A DNA stretch of 64,000 nucleotides from a virus. The number at the start of each line of letters is the position of its first letter. The first letter of the stretch is position 1. Position numbers and translations under genes: made by a program. Positions 17,616 through 28,300 of this stretch are shown piece by piece. The notes beneath the pieces were generated by a model. It was not told the origin of the DNA and ran no database searches. It saw nothing but the letters and a program-made list of their open reading frames with translations. The DNA lies in IMG/VR virus record IMGVR_UViG_3300045988_094674, positions 59,788 through 123,787 of that record. The stretch is one strand, 5' to 3'.

Positions 17616-18389
17616 TTATGTCACCTCCTCATTTTGCGCTGACCAAATACTATTTAACTCTTCATATTGCGGTGTAACATCGCTATACATATCCGACACC
17701 TTTTTAAATAAGACAAGCATTAGATTTTTTTCGTTTTGAGTTAGAGTAAACTTTTCTGCATTGGTGACAGCTGTATTGGCTCTCACAACATCTTTCCCAA
17801 TGTTTTTTGCCATAGTTGTAAATTTTTCAACTAAGCCTTCGACTTCTGCAGGCGGAATCTCTTTATCTGCGTCCATGGTGTCCAAAGAATCTTTTACGGG
17901 TAGCTCGACAGGAAGGGTATTGAAATTGTAAGCAAAAACAATAGTATCGTTTTCAGTTTTTGTCTCATAAAATCGAATAGAAAATCTTACATTTACAGCA
18001 TAAGCCGTAACATCGTTTTGAATCTCCCATCCAAAAATAATCTTACCATCTGCCGTATCTACATCCATTTTTACAACAGGATAAAACCCCGAACTGATTA
18101 CCTGTTCTGAACCTTCAGTCGTATCAATAGACTCAAATTGAACGATACAAGTTTTCTCACTTAAATCTGCTTTATCAAAATATCGATCGATTTCAAAATA
18201 GATAGTCTCTGCTTTGTGGTCGTTTTTTACTCCAAGAAAAGTAAACTCGTCTGGAATCGTAATGGTGCGCTGATTTGCGTCAATAATGAAACGAGACTCG
18301 TTGCCCGGTAACATAACCAACTGCTTTAGTCCTGCCTGATTCTGGATATCGTTAAGCCGCTCCATATACTCACTAGAAGAAGTAATCAC
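17616..18389 (-). CDS. tail fibre/baseplate-associated protein (paralogous N-terminal domain)
   Basis: About the first 170 aa align with 15741-17615 (MITS..EY..RL.DIQNQ..LK.LVMLP...RFIIDA..RTI..PDEFTFLGV.NDH.AETIYFEIDRYFD). Confidence 0.55.
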   Translation of the reverse strand: MITSSSEYMERLNDIQNQAGLKQLVMLPGNESRFIIDANQRTITIPDEFTFLGVKNDHKAETIYFEIDRYFDKADLSEKTCIVQFESIDTTEGSEQVISSGFYPVVKMDVDTADGKIIFGWEIQNDVTAYAVNVRFSIRFYETKTENDTIVFAYNFNTLPVELPVKDSLDTMDADKEIPPAEVEGLVEKFTTMAKNIGKDVVRANTAVTNAEKFTLTQNEKNLMLVLFKKVSDMYSDVTPQYEELNSIWSAQNEEVT

Positions 18390-18874
18390 TTAGTAACCAC
18401 TCCTTCCTTGCTTAAAATCTCCGCATTCAGATTTGACATCTCTACGACACCATTGTACATAGATAGAATTTTATTATAGATATTAGCTGCGTTCTGATTG
18501 AATTCTTCCAACATTGAAATTTGAGCCTTGAAATTGTAGATATCATTTTTTACATTCAACTCAAAATTCGGAGTTGAAACTTCAATAGAACCTGTCGCTG
18601 GATCAATGCCAAACAGGCTAATAGTGCACTTTCCGTCTTTTGCCTTCGTAGGGAAGTCCATAGAACAAATATAATTATAATAAGAAGCACTTGTGCTGTT
18701 TGTTTGTTTCAATCTGAGTAGGTCGATTTTGCCAGTATGGTCCTTAACTACACAATAAAATTGCAGATTTACATACTTCTTTTCAATGAAAAAAGTGATC
18801 TGGTCAAAGCTGTATGTCTCAGAACAGGAAAACTTGGTTGACTTTAACTCACCATTCGAGAAAATTAGATTCAT
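18386..18874 (-). CDS. hypothetical tail-module protein
   Basis: Track ORF with AAGGAGTGG upstream. GTGA overlap with the next gene. Confidence 0.5.
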   Translation of the reverse strand: MNLIFSNGELKSTKFSCSETYSFDQITFFIEKKYVNLQFYCVVKDHTGKIDLLRLKQTNSTSASYYNYICSMDFPTKAKDGKCTISLFGIDPATGSIEVSTPNFELNVKNDIYNFKAQISMLEEFNQNAANIYNKILSMYNGVVEMSNLNAEILSKEGVVTK

Positions 18875-18891
18875 AATACCACTCCTTTCAT

Positions 18892-21837
18892 TTATGATTT
18901 TGGCTCAACATATTTATTTGCCGATGCGCTCAGATATGTGATGTACGGGTAGTACGGATAATAGCGGCTCATGGTAACATTCATAACGCCCTCACCCAGA
19001 TTGGTATCTATCTTTTTTGTAATCCATTCTACGGGGGTATCATTCTTTAGATAGCGAGCTGCATATTTTATTTTCTGATTAACGTCCAACCACGGAATTA
19101 AATGCATACGAAGCGTTATAGTGTCGGTTAGTCTACAGTTTTTCCAAAGCTGATATTCTGTTGCGAGCATCAAATCCTCGTCATTCGTGTAAGCATCAAA
19201 CTCTCCACCGGAACATACGAGATTTCTGCGTCCAATTTTATCAATCGTAAAGCGACTATTATAAAGGTTCGTCAAATCCTTCGGGTCTGTAACAACGATA
19301 TACTTCAAATTGTCACAGCCTTCAATTTCTTTATCTTTTTCAATCTCCGCATCTGTAGGCATCTTATCTACAAATTTCGCCATAGCATGAGACTGAGATT
19401 GACCAAGAAAATAGATCCGGCTCTCTTTTATGAGGGCAGGATCTTCAATCTTTTCTGTATGTTTTCCTTCTTCAGTATTTGTTACCTTGTAATAATGCGT
19501 TTCGTACATTTTTGTTTCTTCGTTGTACTCTTCTTTTACGATATACTGAATCTTTGGATTTATCTCAGTCTTGTCATATTCACCAGTTGTAGAATTGAAC
19601 ACCCATTTATAAGCACCTTCGTCTGCCTGGTCAAGATATTTTTCTCCATACTGTACAACATAGTAACGTCCTTTTTTCATAACATTTGTATCAATAGGAA
19701 TATCATTACCATTTTGATCTGTTGATGCCTTATATACCATCATTGGACCATATACTTGTAACGCGTGATCTTTATATTGCGCTCCATCTTTGTCAACAGC
19801 GGTTGTGTAAACATCATTTACAATATACATATGAGTATTAAGCGGGATATTTACTGGACAGATGAAAGATAAGCGTGACCCGTCCGATATAATTGCGTTT
19901 TTTAGTTTTAAAACTATAATAGAGTTTCCAATGTTATTGATATCAAGCTGAATTTCGAAATCATCGTATTTGTCTTTTGGAATCCCTAATATTTCGGCAA
20001 CAGAGTCTTTCCATTTTGATGCTGACATGCCATTATCTCGTGCCTTATAAAACACTCTGCCAGTACCTTCTGGGTCGTCTTCCTCTAGTTTATCCTTGCA
20101 GAAATAATCGCTGGTGATAGTAGAACCCCATGCCTCAACACAATTATGTACCTGCGTATAATCAACCGTCGAATTTTCTGTGATAACAAGACTTTTGAAA
20201 ATATCAGGGCTAATTACAACAGGGTCATCATACCCGTTTGGAATCTCTTTGCATACAAAAGTATCATCATCAAAGTACATCTCAAACGGGTAATATAGGT
20301 CACGCAACTCTGTTAGAATCGTCCAAACAGTAGTTCCAGTATTATACTCCATGTCGTGTGGAATGCGCCGCTTCCAATAATCAATCACGCATTTTGTCAT
20401 ACCGGAAAGCTCGAAAGTATTCTTGATAACATCTCGCACATAATACGGTTTTGATTTGTCCTCTGTGTAAATCTTATCTCCATTCGCATCCTTGCTCTCA
20501 GTAAGTTTATACATTGGAATTCGTGTCGAGTACCCAGTCAATGTTCCACCCAGTGTTCCATCAAGCAGGGATACTAAATCTACACACGACAAGTCAAGCT
20601 TGTTAGTCATTGCATCATACGAGATACCATTCGACTGAATCGCGTAAACCCCGACTGAGAACCAATGTACGCCATCCTCATCGATATAATTTGCACAATT
20701 CCTGATAACTTTATCCTTCGCAACTGTTTGGATAATAAACTGCTGAATCTGTCCCAGACCATCTTTTAGTTCCCATATGTGGCCCTGAATATCATGCATA
20801 GAATATCCGACAAATGGACTCGTCTTTTTATACTGGTTCTTTAATTCTGGCTCGCTCCAACCGGCAATTGCCGAAACATCAACTGGCTCTAAGACTCTAT
20901 TCGCAATCGTTTCTCCTTCAATGGCAGCGATCATATTTTTTAGATAGATAGACTTTCCATCTATTGTACATGTGAGACCTTTTGCGTCATAAGATAAAAC
21001 AGCGTCGTTAAATTCTAGGTCTTTCGTTGTCCATGATTTTAAATCAAACACAAAACCAGCAACAGGCTTAACATCTTCAGTTTTCTAAGTCAAATCTGAT
21101 AAGTTGTTTGAATTGTAGACTTTATTGTAAGCAAGCTTATAAACCTCAGAAATATAATCTATAACACCGTTACGACTAACTGGAATTAACTCGTCTCCAT
21201 CCTCTAAAAACAGCGTATATGCAATTCTCCGAGTTACTGTGACGCCAACCGCCTCATTATCAGCAGTCCAAGCATCGTCGCAACCGCAAGCGGTAGAATA
21301 GTCACCAATTTCAAATGGGCCATTTTCAGTTGAGAAATCCTTATAGAGATTTAAATTGCGTGCAGTCCAAATGATTCGTGGTCGATTTATATTGTTAATA
21401 TTTGAATATAGGTCATGCTTTGTTGCTTTGATTTTTGCAATATAAGTCAGCAACTCTTTGTTCTTTAAATCGTATTCTATATTATTTTTTACAATAGAAT
21501 CAATCGAATCGCCGTCAATGTCTCCATCATATGTTAAAATACTGACATCTTTCTCTGAAGTTGGGGCTTTCATACCGATATAGATACGAACTTTTTTATC
21601 AATCTAATCTTCCGCTTCAAACTGAGAGATAGAAAAACCCATCATTGGGAAAATAGACAAACTGTATGTACGGCGAATATCAGAATCTGCATCGTTAGAA
21701 CCGGAACCATCCAAAGTCAGGCCCTCAATGCTATCAATGATTTGAGACTCTTTGTTCAATAATTCTACTCGTGTAAACAGACTCTTGGAATGACTGGTAA
21801 GCAAAGCCAAGTCTTCTTGTGTTGGCAAATAAGTCAT
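18892..21837 (-). CDS. tail-associated (Tal-like) baseplate protein with two in-frame TAGs
   Basis: Track ORFs 21604-21837, 21085-21573 and 18892-21051 share one frame and are separated only by TAG at 21604 and 21085. The one SD (GGAGGTGG) is at 21837. Joined size is 981 aa, in the position downstream of the Dit candidate. Confidence 0.6.
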
Positions 21838-21849
21838 GGCTCCACCTCC

Positions 21850-23208
21850 TTAAATTAAATCCGAATTTTTCAAAGTATCAGAATCCTTTAGATCTCCGGT
21901 CTCTACAAAATCAAACGCGATTTCAACTTTATTGTAGTGTTCGTCATCAGAATACGAAATATTGTCAACTACATTGATGAGCCACGCACGGCCATCCCAC
22001 ATTTTCAGAACTTTCGGCTTCTGATTCGTCAGCCAATTGATATATTGCTCACGATAATCGATCGACGCATCAAAGTCAAAATAATCACGAGAACGGTCAT
22101 ATTTAATAATTGTTCCAGAAAAGTTACCACTATAATAATTTGTCTTACTGCCATAAAATACGATTGGATATTTACTGGACAAAGTAGTTTCTACAGCTGA
22201 ATTCTGTACACGGTCCACATTTGATACTTTTGCATCCAATCCAATAAAATATGTAGTGTCTTTGTCCATAAGGTAGGCACCCTCAAATTCACTTACGACA
22301 GTTGTAGTGACACCCTTTTGCTCGATTCCATCAATTACAGGAACAATAGTGTACTGATATTTCGTTCCACGACCACGAGCATATCGGTCATACACAACAG
22401 TAGAAATAGTTCCAATCAAATTACTGACATCTCGTTCATATACAATGGTCCAATTATATGTTCCGACCTCTCTACGTTTAATGCGTAGTAAACTATATTC
22501 CGTTCTTTCAGTTGTCCTCAAAATAGAAGTGAGCTTAATACGACCTTCATATTTTTCATTCTTGACAATCAAATTTAAATTCTCTAGCTGTCCGTTATAT
22601 TCAATCTTAAAAGGACAATAACCTGTATCCAGGAAATATCCATTTACTGTTTCACCGGTTGCACGAACATAATAGGACGTGTTGTTATCAAGACCTTCTA
22701 CCATAAAACTTTGAGAAAGAGAACCATAATGAGCTTCTGATGTAAGTAGGTTCTTCTCCTCATCGTATAAGAAATATTTATACCATGTTAAACTTTCGCC
22801 CTCTTCTTCGTCTGCTGCATAAGATGTATCAAAAGAATAAGCTGGAAAGGGGACAACAAACGAGCTACTGTTCTGCGACACATCCTTAAAACTTAAACTT
22901 GGTCTCTTATGACAATAAAAGAGAACGGCGTCACTAAGTTCGCTAGTTTTGCCGCTCTGATTATGTACACTGATTTTAATATAATAGGGGAGAAATCGAT
23001 TATGAATCGTGCCAGCGGGGAACGTAAAAGTTCGCATTGATGAGGAACCACTTGTTTGAATAGTCTGGTCAACAATAATATTACCGGAGGCATTATCATA
23101 GATCACATATTCGACCTCATCAACAGTATCGTCGTAACAGACATAACTGACAATATTATTTTGGTCAGCATCAATTACGGAAAATTTTGAAATAATCGGT
23201 TTTGCCAA
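21850..23208 (-). CDS. distal tail protein (Dit) candidate
   Basis: 452 aa with a TTG start after GGAGG. Position between the TMP and the Tal-like gene. Confidence 0.45.
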   Translation of the reverse strand: MAKPIISKFSVIDADQNNIVSYVCYDDTVDEVEYVIYDNASGNIIVDQTIQTSGSSSMRTFTFPAGTIHNRFLPYYIKISVHNQSGKTSELSDAVLFYCHKRPSLSFKDVSQNSSSFVVPFPAYSFDTSYAADEEEGESLTWYKYFLYDEEKNLLTSEAHYGSLSQSFMVEGLDNNTSYYVRATGETVNGYFLDTGYCPFKIEYNGQLENLNLIVKNEKYEGRIKLTSILRTTERTEYSLLRIKRREVGTYNWTIVYERDVSNLIGTISTVVYDRYARGRGTKYQYTIVPVIDGIEQKGVTTTVVSEFEGAYLMDKDTTYFIGLDAKVSNVDRVQNSAVETTLSSKYPIVFYGSKTNYYSGNFSGTIIKYDRSRDYFDFDASIDYREQYINWLTNQKPKVLKMWDGRAWLINVVDNISYSDDEHYNKVEIAFDFVETGDLKDSDTLKNSDLI

Positions 23209-23236
23209 TTTAACGCCTCCTTTGTTTTGTTAAGAT

Positions 23237-23512
23237 TTATTTATATTCAATTTCACTTCCATCATCAATGACCGTATATTCTGTCTGATTATCAGAATTT
23301 ATCGGGCTGTATACAAGCTCATTGTTGATAAAAATAAAATCATTGCAACTCACACCATTTCCCTCATTGGGCTGACCTTTCTGTGGAAATTCTTCAAAAA
23401 TTATTTCGTCTTCTAAAGGCTTTGGCAAAACACTTTTATGATACCATGCTCCATTATAAAGCCTTCCGTTTTTGTCTATTTTACACAGATATTTAAATCC
23501 TTCTTTTTTCAT
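23237..23512 (-). CDS. hypothetical protein
   Basis: Internal ATG (MKKEGFKYLCK...) of track ORF 23237-23575, starting just after the upstream TGA. Confidence 0.45.
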   Translation of the reverse strand: MKKEGFKYLCKIDKNGRLYNGAWYHKSVLPKPLEDEIIFEEFPQKGQPNEGNGVSCNDFIFINNELVYSPINSDNQTEYTVIDDGSEIEYK

Positions 23513-23513
23513 C

Positions 23514-25277
23514 TCACATAAACCCATAAATCTTGTACGGTACACACATACCGTTGGATTGATTCCAACCGTCACTTGACGGGGCTTCCAGACCGAAAAA
23601 AGTTGCTACGCCAGCAACACCAGTCGCGTATTTAGATGTTCGTTCATAACCGACTCCAAATTCAATACGATCAGAATAAGCTGTTACCGACCGTTTATGT
23701 ACGGTGTTCCATGGATATACCATAGACATTTCTACGCCATTGACCGGAACAATTAAAGAAACAAGACCAGCGTTACCACCACCGGAAAACCATGTTCCGT
23801 TCTTCTGACTACGGAAAAGAATCAATATTGCGCTATAATTTCCTAATCCATCAAGCCGTACTGTCTGTGATGTGAAACTATCGGAATTATTTTCATATAG
23901 TTCTTGCTTATTTCGAATACCTTTAAAAATAATACCTTCGCCTGTAATAGCACAACCAGCACCTCCGCTATTTTTAATTGTAACACCGTCAGATGACATT
24001 TTTACAAAATTGTTTCCGTAAATAATGTCCACACCACTATCAGAGATTTCAACTTTTTTTGTTCCGCTTCCGATTGTAATATTTCCAGTAAGATCAAGAT
24101 GAATAGCACTAATTTTACCAGCCTTAATCACACTCGCATCCAAACCAGCAGTTGCAATAGAATCTGTTGTAACAGCGCCTTTTAGATTGATTTTACTAGC
24201 ACTAATGCTGACATTATCAGCCTGCTGATTTATCATTGAAGCAATCTTTTTACCAGTGTAGTCGGTGGCAGACACTTTAGAGGTGATATTCGTTGCGTTT
24301 TGTTTAATGCTCGATTCTGCCGTACTAAGTCTTGTACTGATTCCGTTAATACCTTGCTGATATTTTGTTTCTGTTACTCTGGCCTCAATAGCCTCTTTGG
24401 TCACTTTCAAATCAGAATCGTACTTGGTCTTAAAACTGGATAGGTCTGTATTGGCCTTATCTGCTTTCTCTTCGGCACGGTCGGCAACAAAATCATCCGT
24501 ATATTTAGATGCCACAACCCAGTCTGTGCGTTGGTAACTATCTTCAATCATGCGTCCAGTCTGGCAAATCAGCATAAAGCCATCAGAAGTTACACGTGCC
24601 CACACATCACCTTGGTCATATGGGGTAGTAGGAGTCCCATAAAACACCCGGCGTTTTCCGTCAACAGTGTCATTGTCACGACTTGCTGCATTAAGAACCT
24701 TTAGAATGTCCTTGTTTGTAATTTCACTCCAACTGTATGAACCACCACTTTCAACCCACTTGTAAGCTGTTCCACCTACCTTATTATAATAGAGGTCTCC
24801 AACGTGTACCTTTTTAGCGTCAGCGGTCGTCCAGTCCTTGGCAGGGGAGTTAGATATAGTTGGCTCTGCACTTTCAAACCAAATGATATAGCTACCATCG
24901 ATCTGGTCTTTTACATCATTGAACTTAATAATCGTATCAGCAAAATCATTCCCAATAAAATTGTCTACCTTATCGCCAATAACATTTACCTTACTGTCAA
25001 CGGTCTTCATTGTTCCGATATTATCAGGAGAGCACACGAGCCGTTTCATATCACCCTGTAATGCGGTAACGACAACGTTCTGACCAACCGTAAATACCTG
25101 ATCGGATGTGATGGTATACTGGCTACCGAACACGGCAATCGTATAGTCGTTCCCATTTACTGCGACAACTGTACCTACTTGTGACTTATCAAAGTTTGCA
25201 TCATCTAGTTTTTTGTCAATTGTATCCACGACCACCTGAGCAATCACGTCAAGTGCGTCAGAATTTGTTTGAGACAT
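23514..25277 (-). CDS. tail structural protein (hypothetical)
   Basis: 587 aa with AAGGAGGGATGAG upstream. First gene after the TMP terminator. Confidence 0.5.
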   Translation of the reverse strand: MSQTNSDALDVIAQVVVDTIDKKLDDANFDKSQVGTVVAVNGNDYTIAVFGSQYTITSDQVFTVGQNVVVTALQGDMKRLVCSPDNIGTMKTVDSKVNVIGDKVDNFIGNDFADTIIKFNDVKDQIDGSYIIWFESAEPTISNSPAKDWTTADAKKVHVGDLYYNKVGGTAYKWVESGGSYSWSEITNKDILKVLNAASRDNDTVDGKRRVFYGTPTTPYDQGDVWARVTSDGFMLICQTGRMIEDSYQRTDWVVASKYTDDFVADRAEEKADKANTDLSSFKTKYDSDLKVTKEAIEARVTETKYQQGINGISTRLSTAESSIKQNATNITSKVSATDYTGKKIASMINQQADNVSISASKINLKGAVTTDSIATAGLDASVIKAGKISAIHLDLTGNITIGSGTKKVEISDSGVDIIYGNNFVKMSSDGVTIKNSGGAGCAITGEGIIFKGIRNKQELYENNSDSFTSQTVRLDGLGNYSAILILFRSQKNGTWFSGGGNAGLVSLIVPVNGVEMSMVYPWNTVHKRSVTAYSDRIEFGVGYERTSKYATGVAGVATFFGLEAPSSDGWNQSNGMCVPYKIYGFM

Positions 25278-25290
25278 CTCATCCCTCCTT

Positions 25291-25347
25291 TATAAAACAA
25301 AATATACCCGGGCTCAACCTACCCAACCCACCCTGAGCCGGGTATAA
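25291..25347 (-). terminator. rho-independent terminator after the tape measure gene
   Basis: On the minus strand, ACCCGGCTCA...TGAGCCCGGGT stem followed by ATATTTTGTTTTAT. Confidence 0.5.
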
Positions 25348-25380
25348 TTCGTTTTCGTTTAAAATTTACTTCTATCTGAT

Positions 25381-28300
25381 TTATCGTTTGTTCAATCTCT
25401 GAACCATCTTGTTTGGAAGCTGTTGTACGATTTGACGAGCCAACGCATCTGTGTCGCCAACGGGGTTATTCACATTCACGTCGCCGATAGTCATACTGAT
25501 ACCGCCAGGATTACGAGACTGTACCATTGTAGCTGTGCTATGCTTTGCCATCTGGTCAGTAAACCACTTATCAGGATTTCCACCCATCTCAAACAGGCGA
25601 GAAGTAATGTCTGCAGGAACAACACCATCACCTGTTTCAAGATACGTATAACGACCGGATTGTGGTTGACGGACAATCAATTCGGAGCCTTGTTCATCGA
25701 CATTGTAAGTGCCGGTATGTTTAACTCCTTTATCACCGACAGCTTTCTTTCCCCAGTTCCAGAACCAGAATTTAGAACCCCACAGTTTATCCCAGAATGA
25801 TTGCTGTTTTTGCTGACCATTCGATACAGAAGAGCTAGAAGAGCTAGAAGAACCAGAAGAATCGGAAGTTTTATTTCCGTTATTAACTGTCGTCTGAACC
25901 GCATTGACAGTAATATTGGTCTTATTTTTCTTCTTTTTTACATCATTTGCCGTATCTTTGGTATTTTTGGACACATCGTCCAGCTGGCTAGTTGTCTTTT
26001 TACCCCAGTTCCAGAACCAAATAGGCCACTCATAAACTTTTTCGGCCAGTGTCTTGGATGTGGTTCCATTTTTCTTATCGTTAGCTCTTCCGATAGTATC
26101 ATGAATAAGAGCAGCGATTGAGAGGACACCACCTGACGAGTTAAAGACAGTAGAAAATAAGGACTTTCCAATCTTTGTCCCAGTATCATCATTACTTTTC
26201 CAGATTTTGTTCAAACCAGCAAAATGATTGACACCCACGCCGAGGCCGGCGAGGACTGCACCAACTATTGGAACAGCAGCCAGCAAACTACTTCCACCAG
26301 CAGCCGCAACAGCTGTACCGCCTGCGCCAGCTACGTTTGCTCCAATAGCTCCGTCAGCCATCAGCTTACTAAGACCAGTTAATCCTGCAGTATTCGTGGC
26401 TGTCATTGCAGGAACACTAGAAAGAGATACACCACCGATCCCAAGTAAGTTTCCAAGCCATCCTAAAATGCCACTTCCACCGCTTGTTCCAGCACCTTTT
26501 CCTCCAAATGCATTCGAGATAATTTTTCCGATATTGCTGATGCCATCAGAGAAAATAGAGGTTAGACTATTAGAAGAACTATTACTGAACAACGATTTTG
26601 CGCCAGATCCAATGGCATCCCATGCGTTTTGAAATACGCCAATGAGTCCGTTCTTAGTTGTAGCAGAGCCAAGCTCCTTCTGTGCGTTAACAACAGCATT
26701 CTTTACGCCATCGGTCATAGAGTTGTTGATAACGCCAGTAATGCCGTTTCCACCGAAAGTGACTTCCGTAGCGTCCGTAATCGTATCAAGGCTATTCGTG
26801 ATAGTCTTTGTAATACTTGTAGAGGAGTTCTTTCCGAAAACTTTCTTAACGGTATTTACAAGGCCAACAAAGCCACCATCTGTATATGTACCTGTCTGCA
26901 GGAAATTATAAACATTGTTCAGCTTTTCAAGAGTACCAATCAAAGACTCAAGATTGCTAATAACAGTCTGAATGCCAGAAATTGTGCCACTGTTTTGCAA
27001 ACTAGCGATAATCTTATTGTGATATCCATCAAGACTACCTGCCATCTGGCCGAGAGTCATTTCTTGAATCTGGGCAGTGTATTGGAGTTTCTTATTATAA
27101 TCGTCCCAACTAGTCCCAATATCTTCCATGACCTCAGACAACTTGTCCTTGAATTCGTTGTACTTTTTGATTTGGTCGTCAATGGCTTTCTCAGCATCTT
27201 CCTTATTCCACTGACGCTGTTTATCATTTAAATCCTGACGAGCAGTGCGCACAGCTTCGGGGTCAGCCTGCCACTCGTAACCATTCTCTGTATACACACG
27301 GCTGGTGCGCTGCTGTTCTGCACGGGCGAGTTCGTCCTGAGCTTTTGCCAATTCAATAGCACGCTCAGTTGCATCATTGTTTTCTTCAAGCGCTTCCTTC
27401 TGTTTGTTCAGAGCTTCAATACGCTTGTCGATAACATCACCCATCACATCGCCCCAAAGTTTGAGGTCGTTGGAATTGTTGGTATTGAACTTTTCAATAA
27501 GAGAGAGGAAAGAATTTAGAATGTCTTTTACATCAGATAGTGCATTCTTGAAGTTATCGATTACAGATTCTACGCCTTCCCAGTGTTTTTTAAGCTTTGT
27601 CGTGACCTGAGCATCAGTTTCCTGAACTTCAAGTAAAGATTCCTGTAAAGCACCATCTAATTCGGCTTGAGCTTCTTCCTTCTGTTGAAGTGCTTCATCT
27701 TCAGTTAAATCCTTATTAGAATTGATTTTAGAAATCTTTCTAGTATACCGAGCCAGAGCCTTTTGGTAAGTAAGAGTCTTTTTCGCCAACTTCTCATATT
27801 CTTCAGGAGTAGGCTCGCGGACATCCTCGATTGCAGCTTCGGCCTGAATACCGATTGGTTTACCCTCGAATTCCTTTGCAAGCTCTTTGAGCTGTTTGAC
27901 GTAATTGTCACGCAAAGTTTTTACATCAAGCTTTGCATTACCATCTTCATCGTAGCCCAACAGGCTAGAGAATTCGTCAGGCAAGGCCATCAAGTTTTGC
28001 ATTGTGTCCTGAGTGAGCTGACCAGTCTCGTTCCACTCGTCCATTGCGTCTTTCAGAGTATTCCAATTAGACTGGTAACGATCAAGAACATCATTAGCAT
28101 TGCTTAAATCAGTTCCAAGACCACTCGCCCAATCAGTCGGTGTTATTTTTCCTTGACTAATATTTTGAGATGCGCTATGATACGCATTGTAGAGAGCATC
28201 AGCTCCTGCGCCGCCCGTTTCCTTTGCAGTATTTGCAAGATCTTCTAACGTTTTAGCTAGAGCATTTTTAAACGCTTCGGTATTCAGATTGATATTTCCG

